Position numbers and translations under genes: made by a program. A stretch of DNA of 64,000 nt. Origin: Oopsacas minuta (Eukaryota > Animalia > Porifera). Under the pieces are notes generated by a model that saw only the letters and a program-made list of their open reading frames with translations, was not told where the DNA came from and did not search any database. Where the stretch lies: NCBI GenBank assembly GCA_024704765.1, contig JAKMXF010000111.1:1747627-1811626 (forward strand). The letters are read 5' to 3'. Positions 49,691 to 63,807 of this stretch are shown in pieces (the first letter of the stretch is position 1; each line of letters opens with the position of its first letter).

Positions 49691-52600
49691 TAGGCACGTA
49701 GCTACGGGGGGCAAGGGGGGCAGTCGCGTCCCCAAAAGTTATTCTCGCCCCCCCAGATAAATTTGGAAGTTTTCGTTTTTATATACAATGTAGTTAGCTT
49801 ATTAGTAATATTGCTCTAAAAGCAACCAGCTTTTGGGTCCCAAACGGGATTATAATGTTAATTTCGTTGCCCTATTAGCAACCAAATCTCTGCAAAATCC
49901 GAGTTGCTAATAAGCGAACTCCACTGTAGTTAATAGCCTATGTACTTCAACTGCATCGTCAAAACTATGAAATTAATAACTCCCGTTGCGATGATGTTTT
50001 CAATACTAGACATAAAGTAACGCTCATTGATAGTAAACTTGTTCTATTTTGACAGGCACTGAATTTCTACTATAATTTTAATTGAATTACCACGACCGCT
50101 AGTAATTGTTGTCAGAAGTTAGACTGTCCATTGAAGTAATTGAAGCATTGGTAATGCTCTTAGGGTTTCAGTTTTCAAAGCTTGTTTTGAAATTTACACA
50201 TGAGTGAAGCCAATTTCAGAAATTCTCTATAAGTTATAAAGTCATTCTATATCATCATATCTTTCACATTTTCTGTTCTTCAATCAGTTCAGTGACTCGT
50301 ATCTCTAACAATTCTAAATGACTAAAAGACTACAACAAAGCAAAGTTCAGGCATATTTTAAAAGAAATCGAATAGAAATCGAAGATCATGTCGTCTCCTC
50401 AAATGATGAGGAGGTAGAGCCTGTTGTTACGAATCTTCAAGTTTCGACCCCTTTAACTTCCGATTCTTGTACAACTATTTCAACTCCGACTTTAACACGA
50501 CTCATATACAATCACCAATTGTGACTGTAAATGATTTGTCCAAAAATGGTGAGAAACCGAGGCAGCTTTCTATTATCTTCCCAAAAAATGAGGCCGGTAG
50601 ACATTTTAGTACTCATTGGTATGCCCAATTCTCCTAGATAGAGTATAGCAAAGAACTCGATGCTATATTTTACCAACCGTGTCGGCTTTTTGGAGGATCA
50701 ACAGCTGAAGCAACGTTTTCAACAAAAGGACTTTGTGACTGGAGGAAACTTGGCGACAAGTGCAGAAAGCACGATAGTTCTGTGTGTCATATGGCAGCTG
50801 TTGAAACACAGAAAGTCTGGGCAATTCATCAAATAATAGGGACGGTAGATAAGCAACTGGATCCCAATTTTCGAAATGAGAAATTCATAGATGGCAATCG
50901 GAAACATTTAATGACTGTTCTTGACATTATTACTTTTTGTGCCAAACAAGATATTCCTCTTTGAGGAGATGATGAATCAGGTCAGTCGCTTAATAAAGGG
51001 AACTTTCTTGAAATATTAGAATTTTTAGGAAAATATGATAGTAATGTGACCAAGAGGATAGAAAGTCTTCCAGGAAATGCAAAAATGCTAAGTCCAGATA
51101 TTCAAAATGATTTGTTCACATCACTCGCTTCAGTGCTTCTAGACTATGTTAAAAGTGAAGTAGAAATCGCGTCTTGTTATGCTATTCTAGCTGACGAAGT
51201 AAAAGATGCATCTAAGAAGGAGTTGTTAGGTGCTTCTTTGCGATATATCCATAAAGGTAATGTCCGAGAAAGAGCTATTGGCTTTATTGAATTGAAGGAC
51301 ATGGATGCGGGCACCATCTCTGAAAAACTGATAGAGCTACTTAAGCCTTTTGAGCTCGATCCTCAGAAATGTGTAGGGCAGGGTTACCACGGGGCTAGTG
51401 TTATGTCAGGAATACACGGTGGTGTCCAAGCCCGCATGAAAGGAGCAGGTTATCGCAATGCAACATATGTTTATTGTGCTTAACATAGGCTTAACTTAGT
51501 ATTAGCTGCAACTGCTGAAGACATCCTCTGATGAAATCTTTCTTTGATATATTGAATTTGACGTATTCGTTCATGAATGGAACAAAGCGACATGCAGTTT
51601 TCATAGACGCCTAGGATGAGCGCTATCCTAACGTCCAAGCTCTTGAACTTGCAAGCTCATGTAGTACTCGTTGGTCTTCCCGTTCTTTGGAGGTGGAAAG
51701 GTTTCTGCGTCGGTTTGATTGCATACTTGATACTTTAAGCATATTTGGAAATGATAATGATGCAGACATAAGTTTAGCAGCTAAATCTTTACTAGGTGGT
51801 CTACAAACAAAGAAATTTATAACCATCTTAGTTTACTTTGGTAGGCTGTATGATTACTCTGACTTTTGCACTGAAGTTTTTCAGAAGTCGACAGCAACTG
51901 TTTCTTCTTGTTTGATATTACTTGCCGATCTGAGGGAAAGGTTGGTCAATTTCGATTTTGACAAGGTTGTCGAATATGCCAAAGATTTGTCTAGTAAATA
52001 TGAAATCGAAAAATTTGATGTAAGAGACACAATCAGCAACGGCGTCTTCCAGAAAGGTTTAGAGAAGGATATCTAAATAGCTCTGTTGGACACATAAACG
52101 CATCCAACTTTGAAGAGCTTGAAATATTGTTACGCCAAAATGTCCGCGAGATCTTAGCAGAATTGGATGCCCGTTTTGGTACAGATCAATCAGGCATCAT
52201 GAAGGCTGCTGATTGTTGCTTACCAAGGTCTCAAAACTTTCTTAACAAACAGGAATTGAATACACTATCTGAACTGTATGCAATAGATATCAAAGATTGT
52301 GAAATAGAAGTTTTCCGTTCGTTTATTGCTCGGAAAGGTGAATCTCAGCTAAATACTTTGATCGGTGTACTGGATGTGATTGACAAAGATATTTTCCTTG
52401 ATGTTTTCAACATATACCAAATTCTTGTGACTATCCCTCAGACGTCTTGCAAGGTTGAGAGAATGTTCTCATCTGTTAAGAGAATAAAAACACGTTTGCG
52501 CTCACAAATGACCACTGAGCGTCTCAACCATCTTGCCTGTTATCTATTGAAAAAGATATTGCAGAAACACTTTGTTATAATGATGTGATCGAACATTTTA

Positions 52601-52883
52601 AGCAGATGAAGCACCGCCGCTTTCTTTTGTAATGTCAAATAGTATCCCTGAATTGAGTTTAGTATCTTAATAAATGCTCTTACTATAATGTAGACTAATC
52701 TAATGCTCCCTAGCTTAGTAATCTGGTACTTTATGAATTAAAATGGTTATACATGTAAGAAAAGGAGACTGGGTCGTACTTGTTATACACAAGTAATTAA
52801 CTTTTCAAAAATATTTATCCCTGCAATTGCCCTCCCGAAATACTTCTTGCCCCCCTGAATGTCTTGCTCTAGCTACGTGCCTG
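49691..52883 (+). mobile_element. hAT element (ZnF-TTF/DUF4371 type), full length
   Basis: TIRs TAGGCACGTAGCT / AGCTACGTGCCTG; 8-bp TSD CATTAATG at 49683-49690 and 52884-52891. Confidence 0.95.
50318..52632 (+). pseudogene. hAT transposase pseudogene (ZMYM1-like architecture)
   Basis: TTF finger remnant, GNFLEIL, SPDIQN, YAILADEVKD, GQGY.GASVMSG, YVYCA.HRLNL, STRWSSR and a dimerisation motif TIPQTSCKVERMFS..KRIKTRLRSQM. Several stops and frameshifts. Confidence 0.9.
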
Positions 52884-53310
52884 CATTAATGGAATCGGAA
52901 CACATTCCAGTGCTTCCAAGGGAACCTGTTTTCATTTGTTTAAGCTATAACCCAAAACCCAATAACCCCAAAGTGCTATGGCTCTAAAATATATACCAGT
53001 AGCTCTGTAATAGTCAACTTCCCATCCACTAATAATAAAATTCAGCTGCGTGTTGTTCATACTTTTGAGATATTTTGACAATTGCTATATAGATGATAGT
53101 CATATAATATATGAGAAATGTCAAAATATCTCTAGTATCAACTGAAATATAATGGAATATATTATAGTGAATAGGAAGTTGACTATTACGGAACTATTGG
53201 CATAAAGTTGAGAGCCATAGCATTCAAAGTATCTGAGTTATAGCTTCAAAAATAAAACACGTTCCCTTAGCAGCACAGGAATGTGATCACATTCCATTAA
53301 TATCAACTAT
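52884..53310. repeat. Diverged foldback/MITE palindrome whose left arm was hit by the hAT
   Basis: The arms align by eye around an apex at about 53097. AACAATAGCTGACATTAATG (49671-49690), left of the hAT, matches the reverse complement of CATTAATATCAACTATTGTT (about 53296-53315). Confidence 0.75.
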
Positions 53311-53804
53311 TGTTTTCGAAAATACTATTCCCTCTGTCATTATATAGAACCGTCAGACCCGGGTTAAGTTTTTATCCGAGCCCTCGTTATATTTCGGGCC
53401 AATATTGAGTCTTACACTTGGAAGTTACTAGTACATTGTGTCAATTAAGTTTTAGAAGTCAATGCTATCTCGCTAAATTAATTGCTTTGGAATTCATAAA
53501 TAATTGGGATAGTTGGCAAGCCTGGTATATATTTACTGCTAATTGCTAACCGTACAAGATTTTGCCTATACCTGTTCCTCTGTACAGACGTACAGGGATT
53601 TAATAGATTTGTACATGAATTGTAGTTGAGATACTTATTGATTATAAGTCCAATAACCTAAACTCCTAAGGTAGGCACATTATGTGCTGTAACTCAACGG
53701 TTCGAATTCAAGCGTAAGATATTCAAGGATATATTGACTATCTGAACTCCGTAAGCACAAGCGAGAAATAGTCTGTAGGTGTACACGGTTCTGGCCAATG
53801 TAAA

Positions 53805-56553
53805 CACGGGTAACTGAAAAACATTATGACAAAAAAATGAGGTCGTTGAGATTTTTTCACTTTCTTATACAGAATTTTATGAGGAATCCGAATATACACT
53901 CCAAAAGATTTTCCTACCATTTAAATTTATTTACAGATTATACAAAAATTTATGAAATCAAAAAAATTCTGGCTACAATAATTTTAACATATCCGTATTT
54001 TTAATATATTATCGTGATACTTCGCTGATATACTTCTTTCTAGAATTCAATTTAATTACTAGTTACCTAATAGAATTGATGTTTTTAACGAATTCCTACC
54101 CAAAATGTCATTACCATGGCAACAAAATGAAACGTAGGAATTTACGCAATAGTTTTCAATCTAACTAAGTAGTACTTGTATGATATTACATTTAGGATAT
54201 ATCCGTGTAATTATTGATTAATTCAGTTAAAGCAAATGAGTGAAGAAACGAAACACGAACATGCAAAAACTAGAATATGTCGCTAGTGTTGTTCGAAAGT
54301 TGGCAAAATTGTTTTGAGGAATAATCACCTAAAGGACACTAAGTTAGGTGAATTATACAACCAATATTTGGAACCAATCAATATTTTAGAAGATAATCGC
54401 CCTTATATCGTGTGCATACTTGTAAACTCTGCTTATTTACTCTGTCCTCAGGGGATACGACGAGGAAAACACCCGTACGATATGATCGACCTATAATTCG
54501 TAACATGCGCTTAAACACCTGCCGCATTGGGAACTTGTGTTCAATGTGTACCGAGAGTTCAAGGTTCGGTCGCAAGAATCAAGCTTCATCTTCGATAATC
54601 CATATAAAGCCAGGAAGACCAACAATCAATTCACCTCAAAAGATGATCAAGATATGTAACAAATGTGCGAGTCATGTTAGTCCTGGAGTTAGTCATATCT
54701 GTTTGAAAAAGACATTGATTACCAACGCACATAATATGTTGGAACACCATAACGCTATTGATACATTCGTTGGTGATAATGTATACCAAAGATTACATGA
54801 ATGTAGCCACAACAAATCTTCAATTCAGTTGCCTAAAACTTCAGGCGGGAATCCGTTTCATCTTTCTGTCTCCTCTTCCAGTACTGACGAACGTCCAGCC
54901 AAATTACCAAAAATGGATTTCTCTTACATCGCGAATTTGAAGTGTTCAGGAATGTCATTGTTTAATAAGCAATTAAAGGTGGTAACTCGGCTTATTAGAG
55001 ATGTTGGAGGTCCATGTCCATCAATGGATAGCTACTATAGAGAACGACATTTGTTGTGCGACGAAATATTCGAATGCATCCAGATTGAGCTGGACTATAG
55101 TAAAGAGAAATACAAGTTTAGAATATAGGAACTCCTGGATAGTGAGATGTTGTAATATCGATGCCCTAACTTCTCCGTTATGCTTCAAGAAGACCAGATA
55201 AAACGGCTGATGGAAGAATACAACGTTTCATTTACGGGAGATTTGAAAGCTTCTAGTTGTTGCTTGGGAATAATGAACGGACATCACCCTTGTATATGGT
55301 GTACTTGGGACAATAGAAGGGGTTTAGACAGTGTTCAGTGGGAAGAATGATCATCTGCTCACCATCTAGAGATGTTTCAAAAGCTTCAAGATATGTATCG
55401 GGGAGATTCTAAGAATAATGCAATTGACTGCGATGGTATTGAGGATCGCCAAGCACTAAATGTATGGTTGGTAGATTTCATGCAAAAATGTTTAATCTTC
55501 CCGAGTTACATCTGTTACCTGGGATAGGACAGAAGTTATACGATGCCATCCTCATCACAATGTCTGAGGACGAAAAAGAACACCATGAGCAATACTAATA
55601 AAACTGAATATTCATAGAAGTGCTTACCATGGAGGAGCATTTGAAGGTAATGCAATGAGGAGAATCACAAAGGAGGTACTGGAACTCGGGTTTCCAAAGA
55701 GTAATTCATCTTATATCACGCTTGTAAAATTCAGGGATGTTGTTGATTCTTGCTTCGGGAAACACATAAAGGAAGATTTCAAAATGGCAGTATACCATTT
55801 TAAACAATCATTTAAACAATCAGGACTTTCTTGCTCTACAAAAGTTAATGTTCTATGTAGGCACCTAATTCCGTTTAGCACGAAACATCTTCCAGATGGA
55901 ATGGGTTTAGGATCAGTTTCAGAACAAGCATTTGAATCTGCCAATTCTAGATTTGGCAGAGTTTGGGAGACAAGATATAAATGTCAAGAGGAAAATAAAA
56001 ATTTCCAGAGTGCTTATTAAACACGGTATCAGATGTTAACTTCGTCAATTTCATAAATAAATCATAGTATGGTAAGCTAGGTCATGTCCTACATTACATT
56101 ATATTTGGAATAATAATAATTGGTTAAGTTAAGGTTAAGCAACAATAATTACCCGGATATATCCTAAATGTAATCATACAAGTACTACTTAGCTAGATTG
56201 AAAACTATTGCGTAAATTCCTACGTTTCATTTTGTTGCCATGGTAATGACATTTTGGATAGGAATTCGTTAAAAACATCAATTCTATTAGGTAACTAGTA
56301 ATTAAATTGAATTCTAGAAAGAAGTATATCACGAAGAATCATGATAATATATTAAAAATGCGGATATGTTAAAATTATTGTAGCCAGAATTTTTTTGATT
56401 TCATAAATTTTTGTATAATCTGTAAAAAAATTTAAATGGTAGGAAAATTTTTTGGAGTGTATATTCGGATTCCTCATAAAATTCTGTATGAGAAAGTGAA
56501 AAAATCTTAACGACCTCATTTTTTTTGTCATAATGTTTTTTCAGTTACCCGTG
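53805..56553 (+). mobile_element. Chapaev (CMC) element with very long (about 410 bp) TIRs
   Basis: Ends CACGGGTAACTG... / ...CAGTTACCCGTG with a 4-bp TSD TAAA. Near-identical TIRs at 53805-54216 and 56143-56553. Confidence 0.9.
54236..56068 (+). pseudogene. Chapaev transposase pseudogene, probably internally deleted
   Basis: ATG at 54236; Cys/His-rich N-terminus (H..TRIC..C...P..VC.TC...C..C..C), FTGDLKA..LG....HHPCIWCTW, FPELHL and VSEQAFES. The first catalytic Asp region was not found. Confidence 0.8.
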
Positions 56554-57099
56554 TAAAGAGGAAATGAGAACTCGATACTGGGATATGACACAAATATATT
56601 CGACTTTACATATATGAAATAAGTATAATTTTTGAAATTCGCATGAAGACTTGTATTGATTATAGAAACGCCTGGCCGGTATTTGGTGGGAGAGAAAATT
56701 CAGTAATTTTTGCCCCCTGCACACACTCTCGACGCAACTGCGTGTAAGTATAGGCGCAAGGAGGGGGGGGTGACGGTTCGGTTTAGGGCCGTATGTGCCC
56801 CTTAAACTGAATCTACATCTCAGACTGCAGTTCGCCCAATTTCTCCAGCGATTTCCCAAGGATTCACCCCACTTGGATTGTCTCCTACGTCTCAAGAACA
56901 AGATTGTTTTCAGTTGATAAATGCATGGAACACCCTTGAAAGCGTCGCTTCTATGGAAATATGTATACACTTGTACACCATCTCTTACTGATGTGCAAGA
57001 CCTGGCAGAACTGCTTTATCCGAAACCTCCTAAGTCAAAGAATCGCAAATACCTAAAGGTACTCACACGCAGAGGTTACATTGCTAAATTTCGCATTCC

Positions 57100-57420
57100 A
57101 AACCTGTGTTACTACTTTCAGGTTCATGAGAAAAAGGAAATACACCAACCAACTGGCATGAGAATTCTTGATGTTGACATCCTAGAAGACGCATTCTTAA
57201 CTTGTATTGGAGCGAATGTGTTGGGAGTCTTTATCATTACGAAGAAAATGGATTCATGGATTCATTCATACCAGTAGAGTGCTATGGCTGTACACTCTAT
57301 TGGTATGTCGTGGCGTAATTTTCACAAGCTATCTACAATATTTGATATGCCTCCAACAGTTCAGAGCATGCCATCTCCATATTTTAACCGGCTGAATGCT
57401 GTTACAAAAGTTACAATAGG
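57100..57420 (+). pseudogene. Kolobok-like ('Mutator-like' zinc-finger) transposase N-terminal fragment
   Basis: G.RILDVDIL, C..EC.GSL...EE.G....VEC.GC and AVHSIGM..NFHKL..IFDMP across frames. A GTGCCCC|TTAA terminus-like site lies at 56795-56805. Confidence 0.5.
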
Positions 57421-58681
57421 GACACTACTACTACCCACGCTTAACGTTATCCCTTGCATAATTTAGTGATTACACATGATAACTAGATCTCACTACGAGT
57501 ATACATTCCAAACATGGTGTCTTAATCTCTAAAGGTGTGAACAGAAGATAAATATGATAAATCCGATGCATGTAGTAATTAATAAGTTGATTTGGCAATT
57601 TGGACTATGGATTATACATAACATATATCTTGCTGTTGGTGATAGAAAATGTCCAATACATTAATAATAAAATTGGTGTGTCTATAAATCAATATTATTA
57701 AATCTCAATGAATGTTTGTTTGTCCGTTGTCAAGGAAAGGATTTACGGTATGCAATTTTAAATTGTCGCATAACTAGGTATTATCGTGTCTATCAAGGAA
57801 GTGAAAGAATTCAATAAAACTGCACTAAATCTATCGGACATGCTGAATCCGATTTTCACACTTTTGGGGTAATCATGTGAAGGTATTTGTTGTCTTTATG
57901 AATATAAGTTAAACAAATTATCCAAATTTCAAAATATACGTACTAAAAAGGTTACCCTGAATCCGAATATCGTATTATCAAATTTCAAGTAGTTACTCGC
58001 AACCAACGGCTACAAAGGGGGTTGATCTTACAAAATTGTTCAATTATATACATGCCATATAAGTATATTCGTGAATTACATTTTCTAAATATATCTATAT
58101 TGTAACACTCAAAGGACGGTCAATTTGGAGAATATGGATACCTCGAGGCGCAATGCGCCGAGTTCACGAGACGATGAACGAAAGGCTCATATTCATTAAA
58201 TTGGAAGACAACACCTAGAGGCAAACAAAAACTTCTCATCCCTCAAAGTATGATTTCTGTAAGAATTTTATATTAATGCTACATTCCCAGTCCTTAAATT
58301 CCCATACCGCAGAAAGCTACGACGATTAGATAATGAAATAATAGACACTTTGTGATGACCTAGTTTTTTGTCTAGATAAACATCTTATGAAATACAAGAT
58401 ATTTACAGTTAATGTGGAAAGATTCAAAGTAAAAACGTGGATGCCACCATATTTAGCACTTTTAGCTGAAAATCTAAGGAAATATAAACGACCCTTATAC
58501 AATAATTGGATAATACAAAAATATATTACTTGGGAATATAATGTTGAACTCTAATTTCTATTGAATAATATTGTCAAATAATCTAAATACTTCCATAAAG
58601 TAGCTCCTTGATTTCCCCCCCCCCCAATACATCTCTGCTTGTAACAGAAGAGGTTGCCACTGAGGGTGCTTAAGACGACAC

Positions 58682-60655
58682 ATGAGCAGTAGAACAAGCA
58701 CAGCTGGGCAGAAGAAGTTGATGCTTAGCGTACCAGCGGCACACACGCGGCCCTATGACACCAATTCCTCAAGTCCACTGCTAAATGCAATCTATGCCCA
58801 TCAGAAATATCTAGTTCTGCTAAGGGAACATCAAACTTATTTCTCCATCTCAAGGTATTATTGGTTTGTTAAATAAGGTTTCCTTGTTGTATATGTAGAC
58901 AGTACTAGTATTTGGCGAGAATTAACTTGAATAATCAATTAAATAAGTACAAAATATTTTAAAGTAAATACACAGTTATGTAAATTATCTTTCTTATTTT
59001 CAGAGAAAGCACAAGGAAGCATTGGAAGAGGAACAAGCAAAAACAACAGTAAAGAAAAGCAGTCAACTCTAATCTCATTGATTGCTCCACCTAAGAAGAC
59101 AGTGCCAAAGATTCCCGCCAAACAGAACGGACAGATGCCGTTGTCACATATATTGCAGGCGACTTGTTGCTCCTCCACGAGTAAACGATTCCGAAATGTG
59201 ATAAACAAGCTGACCCTAAATACCAAATCCCCAGTCGAAGCACCTAACCAAAGAACTACTGCGTCTCAAGATCACCAAAATCCAAGACAACTTATCACTC
59301 AACTCAAGCAAGTTAAAAAGGTATCTGTGACTATTGATTTGAAGAACAGCAGACTTAGGCGAAGTTACGATGGCATTACATGCTACTTCATCATTGATTG
59401 GAATTTGGAATCTGTTATGCTCACTTGCTCTAGTTTTCGTGTATCTCATACAGCTGATTCCATCGATGAACAGTTTAAGAACACAACTGGCAGCTTTGGG
59501 ATCTCCAATAGGTATTACACATCGTCAAGGACAACGCTGCTAACCTGATCAGAGCCTTCTTATTACCTGGCTTCGAGGAAATTGGGTCGTATGATTCAAG
59601 TGACGAATCGTCTGATGATGGGGAAAGTGATGTGTTATCACCTGTTTGTAACAACTCCCTGTACTAATATGTGAATGAGGACTTTTCTTGTATCGCTCAT
59701 CAATGCAGCTAGTGATCAAAGATGTTTTTATCAAGCTACTATCCTTAACCAAGTTCTCGCAAAAGCCTCAGCAATCGTATCGCATTTTCTCAAATCAATA
59801 CATGCATCAGAATTACTGGAATCGCAAAAACGGGTCCAAACTGCTAACACCACAAGATGGAATTCACAACTTGTCATGGTGCGATCCATCCTGCATATTC
59901 CAGAAGAAATATTGGCTCCCTATATACACAGCACCAGATTACTGCATATGACCGTAATACCCTGAAGGACATGATTGAAATTTTGAAGCCTTTCGAAAGT
60001 GTCACACACTGTGTTCAAGGTTAGAAGGTAATCACTGGGAGTATTGTTGTCCCCTGTGTACGTATACTGAATGTGGAGATGGAAGTATCGTGTTCCAAGT
60101 ACTGTTCCGAGTTCCTTGCTACACTGAAGGACTCTCTTTACAAAAGACTGTCACACTGTGAAGAACACAACGGTTTTCTAAATGCAGGTGCTTATGATCC
60201 AAGGTTCAAGTTACAATGGTGCTCTCAGGCTTAAAAGCCTAGGCACAAGTACAGCCTCATAGCTAAAGCTATAAATATCGCTCCTAACCAGCCTGCATTT
60301 TTTCCTACTGAAATCATTCCCAATCCCGAACCTGCGACAACCAAACGTTGAGGATCCTTAGTTCGCTGATCAATGTTCCTGTCAATGGTATCAATACTAG
60401 AAGTAGTATTGAATTGGAAATACAAGACTATCTAAGTGCTCCATGACACCCAGATGAATCAGACCCCTCAGTTCCTGGAAGCCACACGCCCAAATTCCCA
60501 CACTTAGCTTATTAGCAAGGATTTTTTGTGTATACCAGCATCTTCTGCTCTTGTGGAGAGGTTATTTAGCATTGCAGGAAAGCAATTCGCCCAGGGAGAA
60601 CTCGTCGAATAGACAAAACATTTGAACAACTGATGTTCCTGAGATCTAATGACTC
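58682..60655 (+). pseudogene. BED-finger hAT (ZBED1/4-like) transposase pseudogene with one intron
   Basis: AKCNLC..GTSNLFLHLK|RKH (GT-AG intron 58855-59003), VSVTID, SHTADSI, KDNAAN, ANTTRWNS, ERLFSIAG and FEQLMFLRSN. TIRs were not resolved. Confidence 0.82.
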
Positions 60656-61039
60656 TAATGATATACAGTATTGTAGGTGATATTTGATTAAGCAATAATA
60701 TAAGTAGCAGAATATTTTGCAGGTACATGGTATTCATTTGGTTATAGTATAGTATTGGTTTTTTTTAACAGATAATATAAAGTGAATTGCTTATTCATCA
60801 TCATTTGTCTATTAATTAGAGACGGGTACAGATGATGAGAATCTTGTTAATAAAATATCCACGGTCGGAACAGAACATATCAGAATTTGCATCAGTTTGG
60901 CGAATTGTATTTGTATTAGTACTTAAATACATTCCAAAGTACTTGGTGAGACACAAAAGTAATGAGACTCTATTTCTGCGTGATTATTTAGGAGAGTTTA
61001 ATAAGCTATCATATTGGATTTATGAGACGTAATCTCCCA

Positions 61040-62078
61040 ACATTCAATCACAGACTTGCAATGCCTATAAAATCTTCGAATTTCCAGTGGGAAACGTTCT
61101 GCTAGCAGCTGTCTCATGAATTGCAGCATTTTCTTTTGGATTTCTTCTGCACTAGAATATTCATCTTGCCATAGATGCTTTTTCGCGCCTTGAAGACCCG
61201 CCTATCGCACTGAATCAAGTCTGGACTGTATGGCGATTGTTTAATTAACATCATATCCCTCCTTTTAAGGTATTTCATTTTCGCTCTAGCAGTATGGAGT
61301 CTAGCGTTGTCATGTTGCCACAGTAATTCACAAAGTTTTGTTGGATTTGAGTGAAGTTTATGCCATCATTCTCCAGTGGATTGAATAAAGTCAACATCTA
61401 CCTCTGCATTTATTGTCCCTTTGGGGGTTGGGAGAACAACGCTGAATTTCCTATAACCAGTAAATCCCAAAATGATTTATGCCTTACGATTTGTCAGTTG
61501 AGGTCGGACAACTCGAGGACGTTTCTGATCAGGGTTCAGCCATGCTTTGTTCTCTGCCTTTGTTAGATGAGAATCAAAAACACCCAATTCTCGTCCTCAG
61601 TTGCCCAACACCTTAGAAGTTTGGCCATTGAGTATTTATCAATCATCTCGACGATTTCTTGAGCACAGACCACCCTAGAGCCCATGTTAGCTTTAGAAAG
61701 CAGGTATGGGACCCAGACAGAGCAGACCTTTCTCAACCCCATCACCTCATCTAGGATGCGTCTAACCGATTCTCTACTAATCTCAGTTGCATCAGCTAGT
61801 ATTCCAACTGACTGTTTAGGTTTAGCTTCATTTAATTGACGAATTTGATGAATATGGACGTCGTTTGTCGAGTAACGAGGGCGACCCACTCTGGGATCGT
61901 CCTTTAACGAAAATCTCTCCTCATTAAACCTTTGATACCATCTAAGCACAGTCGCTCTTGACAGGGATTCATCAAGTTTTGTTTCCAGAAGTTGATCATG
62001 AATTTCTGACGGGCTTTTACCCCTCCTAAACTCGATAAATATGTAAGCCCTGAAATGTTCTTTGTCTAAATTCATCAA
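61040..62078 (-). pseudogene. mariner transposase pseudogene
   Basis: HTH (FRAYIFIEF..WYQRF..DDPRVGRP), WVPYLL, ATEDENWV, HDNARLHTA and YSPDLIQCD. Ends were not resolved. Confidence 0.85.
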
Positions 62079-62399
62079 CGCTATAGGAGCATATTCTCTA
62101 TGAGCAAATATAGTGAATTACCAGAAAACAAATGATAAGAATTGTGTATAAACCGAATTAGTACATTATATGGTGTAGTCTTTACAGTCATGGGCAAATG
62201 ACATATAATTTTGATTATCTACAAGTTACACATCGAGTCTCATTACTTTTGTGTCCCACCAAGTGTTTGTATTTATATGTATATACAATGTAATTCAAGT
62301 ATATTTGAGAGTTTCAAAAGTACTTGTACTTGTAGCTAAATACATTTCAGTATGGGATTAACCATCGAGCGAAACTTCAATGTTACAATCAAGAATAGA

Positions 62400-63807
62400 C
62401 AGTCTTTTTGGACTTGATGAAAATATACTGTAAATTGTTTTAGTTGTTCCTAGAAATGTTATTACATCTGTACAACATAAAGCTGATTTCGCACCACACA
62501 AGTTTTGACTATGATACCCACAAGGTGAGATAGTGCATAAAGGATTTTCTTGCTCTAAATGTTTTGAACTCCATTATGCCTTCCGAATAAAATACTTGCA
62601 TTATCATATCCCTGCCACCTGCAATCTTTAAAAGGAATTTCATTTTCTGTTAGAAATTATAATTTCATAGTAGCGATCTCTGAACTAGTTTGCTGGAGTC
62701 ATCAACGAAAGTAAAAAACTGTCCACGAATTATGTACTTATTCTGTTCCCGGGTCAAGTATCTAAACACAAAGGTGCTTTGTTCAATTTCTGAAACATTT
62801 AGAGTCGTATCTACCATGATGAAAAAGTATTTAGCATCATCTCGTTCTTCTCGGATGCAACGGGGAACATTATCTGCGGATATATGGATAAATTCGTTTT
62901 GAGAATCCTTAGAAAGTAATGGACCTGTAAACCTTTCCCTCCTTTTTGAGATTCTTGCACTATTGTAACGTGTCACGAAGAACTTGATCATAATGAGATA
63001 TAAATTCAATTATTCCAAGAAAATTACCATTGTGAACATCTCCCCTAAAGGACAGACTCCTTTCACCCAAGAGGAGAACAACATCAAAGATTTTTTGCAG
63101 TAATATCTTCCATTTGTTATTTCGATTGTCATGCTTGCAGTAAGTTGCATACCAATTGTAGAGTTGTGCAGTAAACGAATTTAAATTGATGCCATTCCAA
63201 GTAACATCGTTTGTGATTTGTGCTATTTTCATATTGAGATCTACTATAGAATAGTCTTTACATTTGACCTACGACCGAAACCAGTTACCGAAGCAAGATA
63301 TGAAGGAGTTGAGCTGATACATGCTTCTGTATATGCAAATAACCTACACGGAAACCAAGTATTCTTAGATTGACTGTAAACAAGCCAATCTGTGTTTTCA
63401 GTTTCATCATTTAGCCTTCCTTTCATAAACAAAGAGAAGGGAAAAGCTTAACCTGTGACATCTGGAGGAATGTATAATAGTTTGGGTTGAGACCGGGTAT
63501 TCACCCACTCCTCAATCCCTTTCTTTGAAACATGTGCATATAAGGCTCCAATGTAATATATTCTCACTTGATTCCTTTCAAATTCACAAGTGGCTTTAAC
63601 TTCGGAATGGTATTCTGAAACTTTGTTCTTAAAATTGTCCACGGCATCAAGAATATTCTCATCCAATACTCTTTCCATAAGTTTTGAAGAATTTCAGCTG
63701 GTCTGTGAATACCGACTTGAAATAATGTCTGCAATCCTTTCATCGACACTATCTCTTACCCGCTTCTCTTGACGATTTTGTGCACCTAACTTATGAGTGT
63801 AAGACAT
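62400..63807 (-). pseudogene. hAT (ZnF-TTF/DUF4371) transposase pseudogene, 3'-truncated
   Basis: ATG at 63807; WLVYSQSK..FPCRLF, LSFRGD..NGNFLGIIE, SQNEFI, YFFIMVDTT, QGYDNAS and PCGYHSQNL. Confidence 0.85.
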
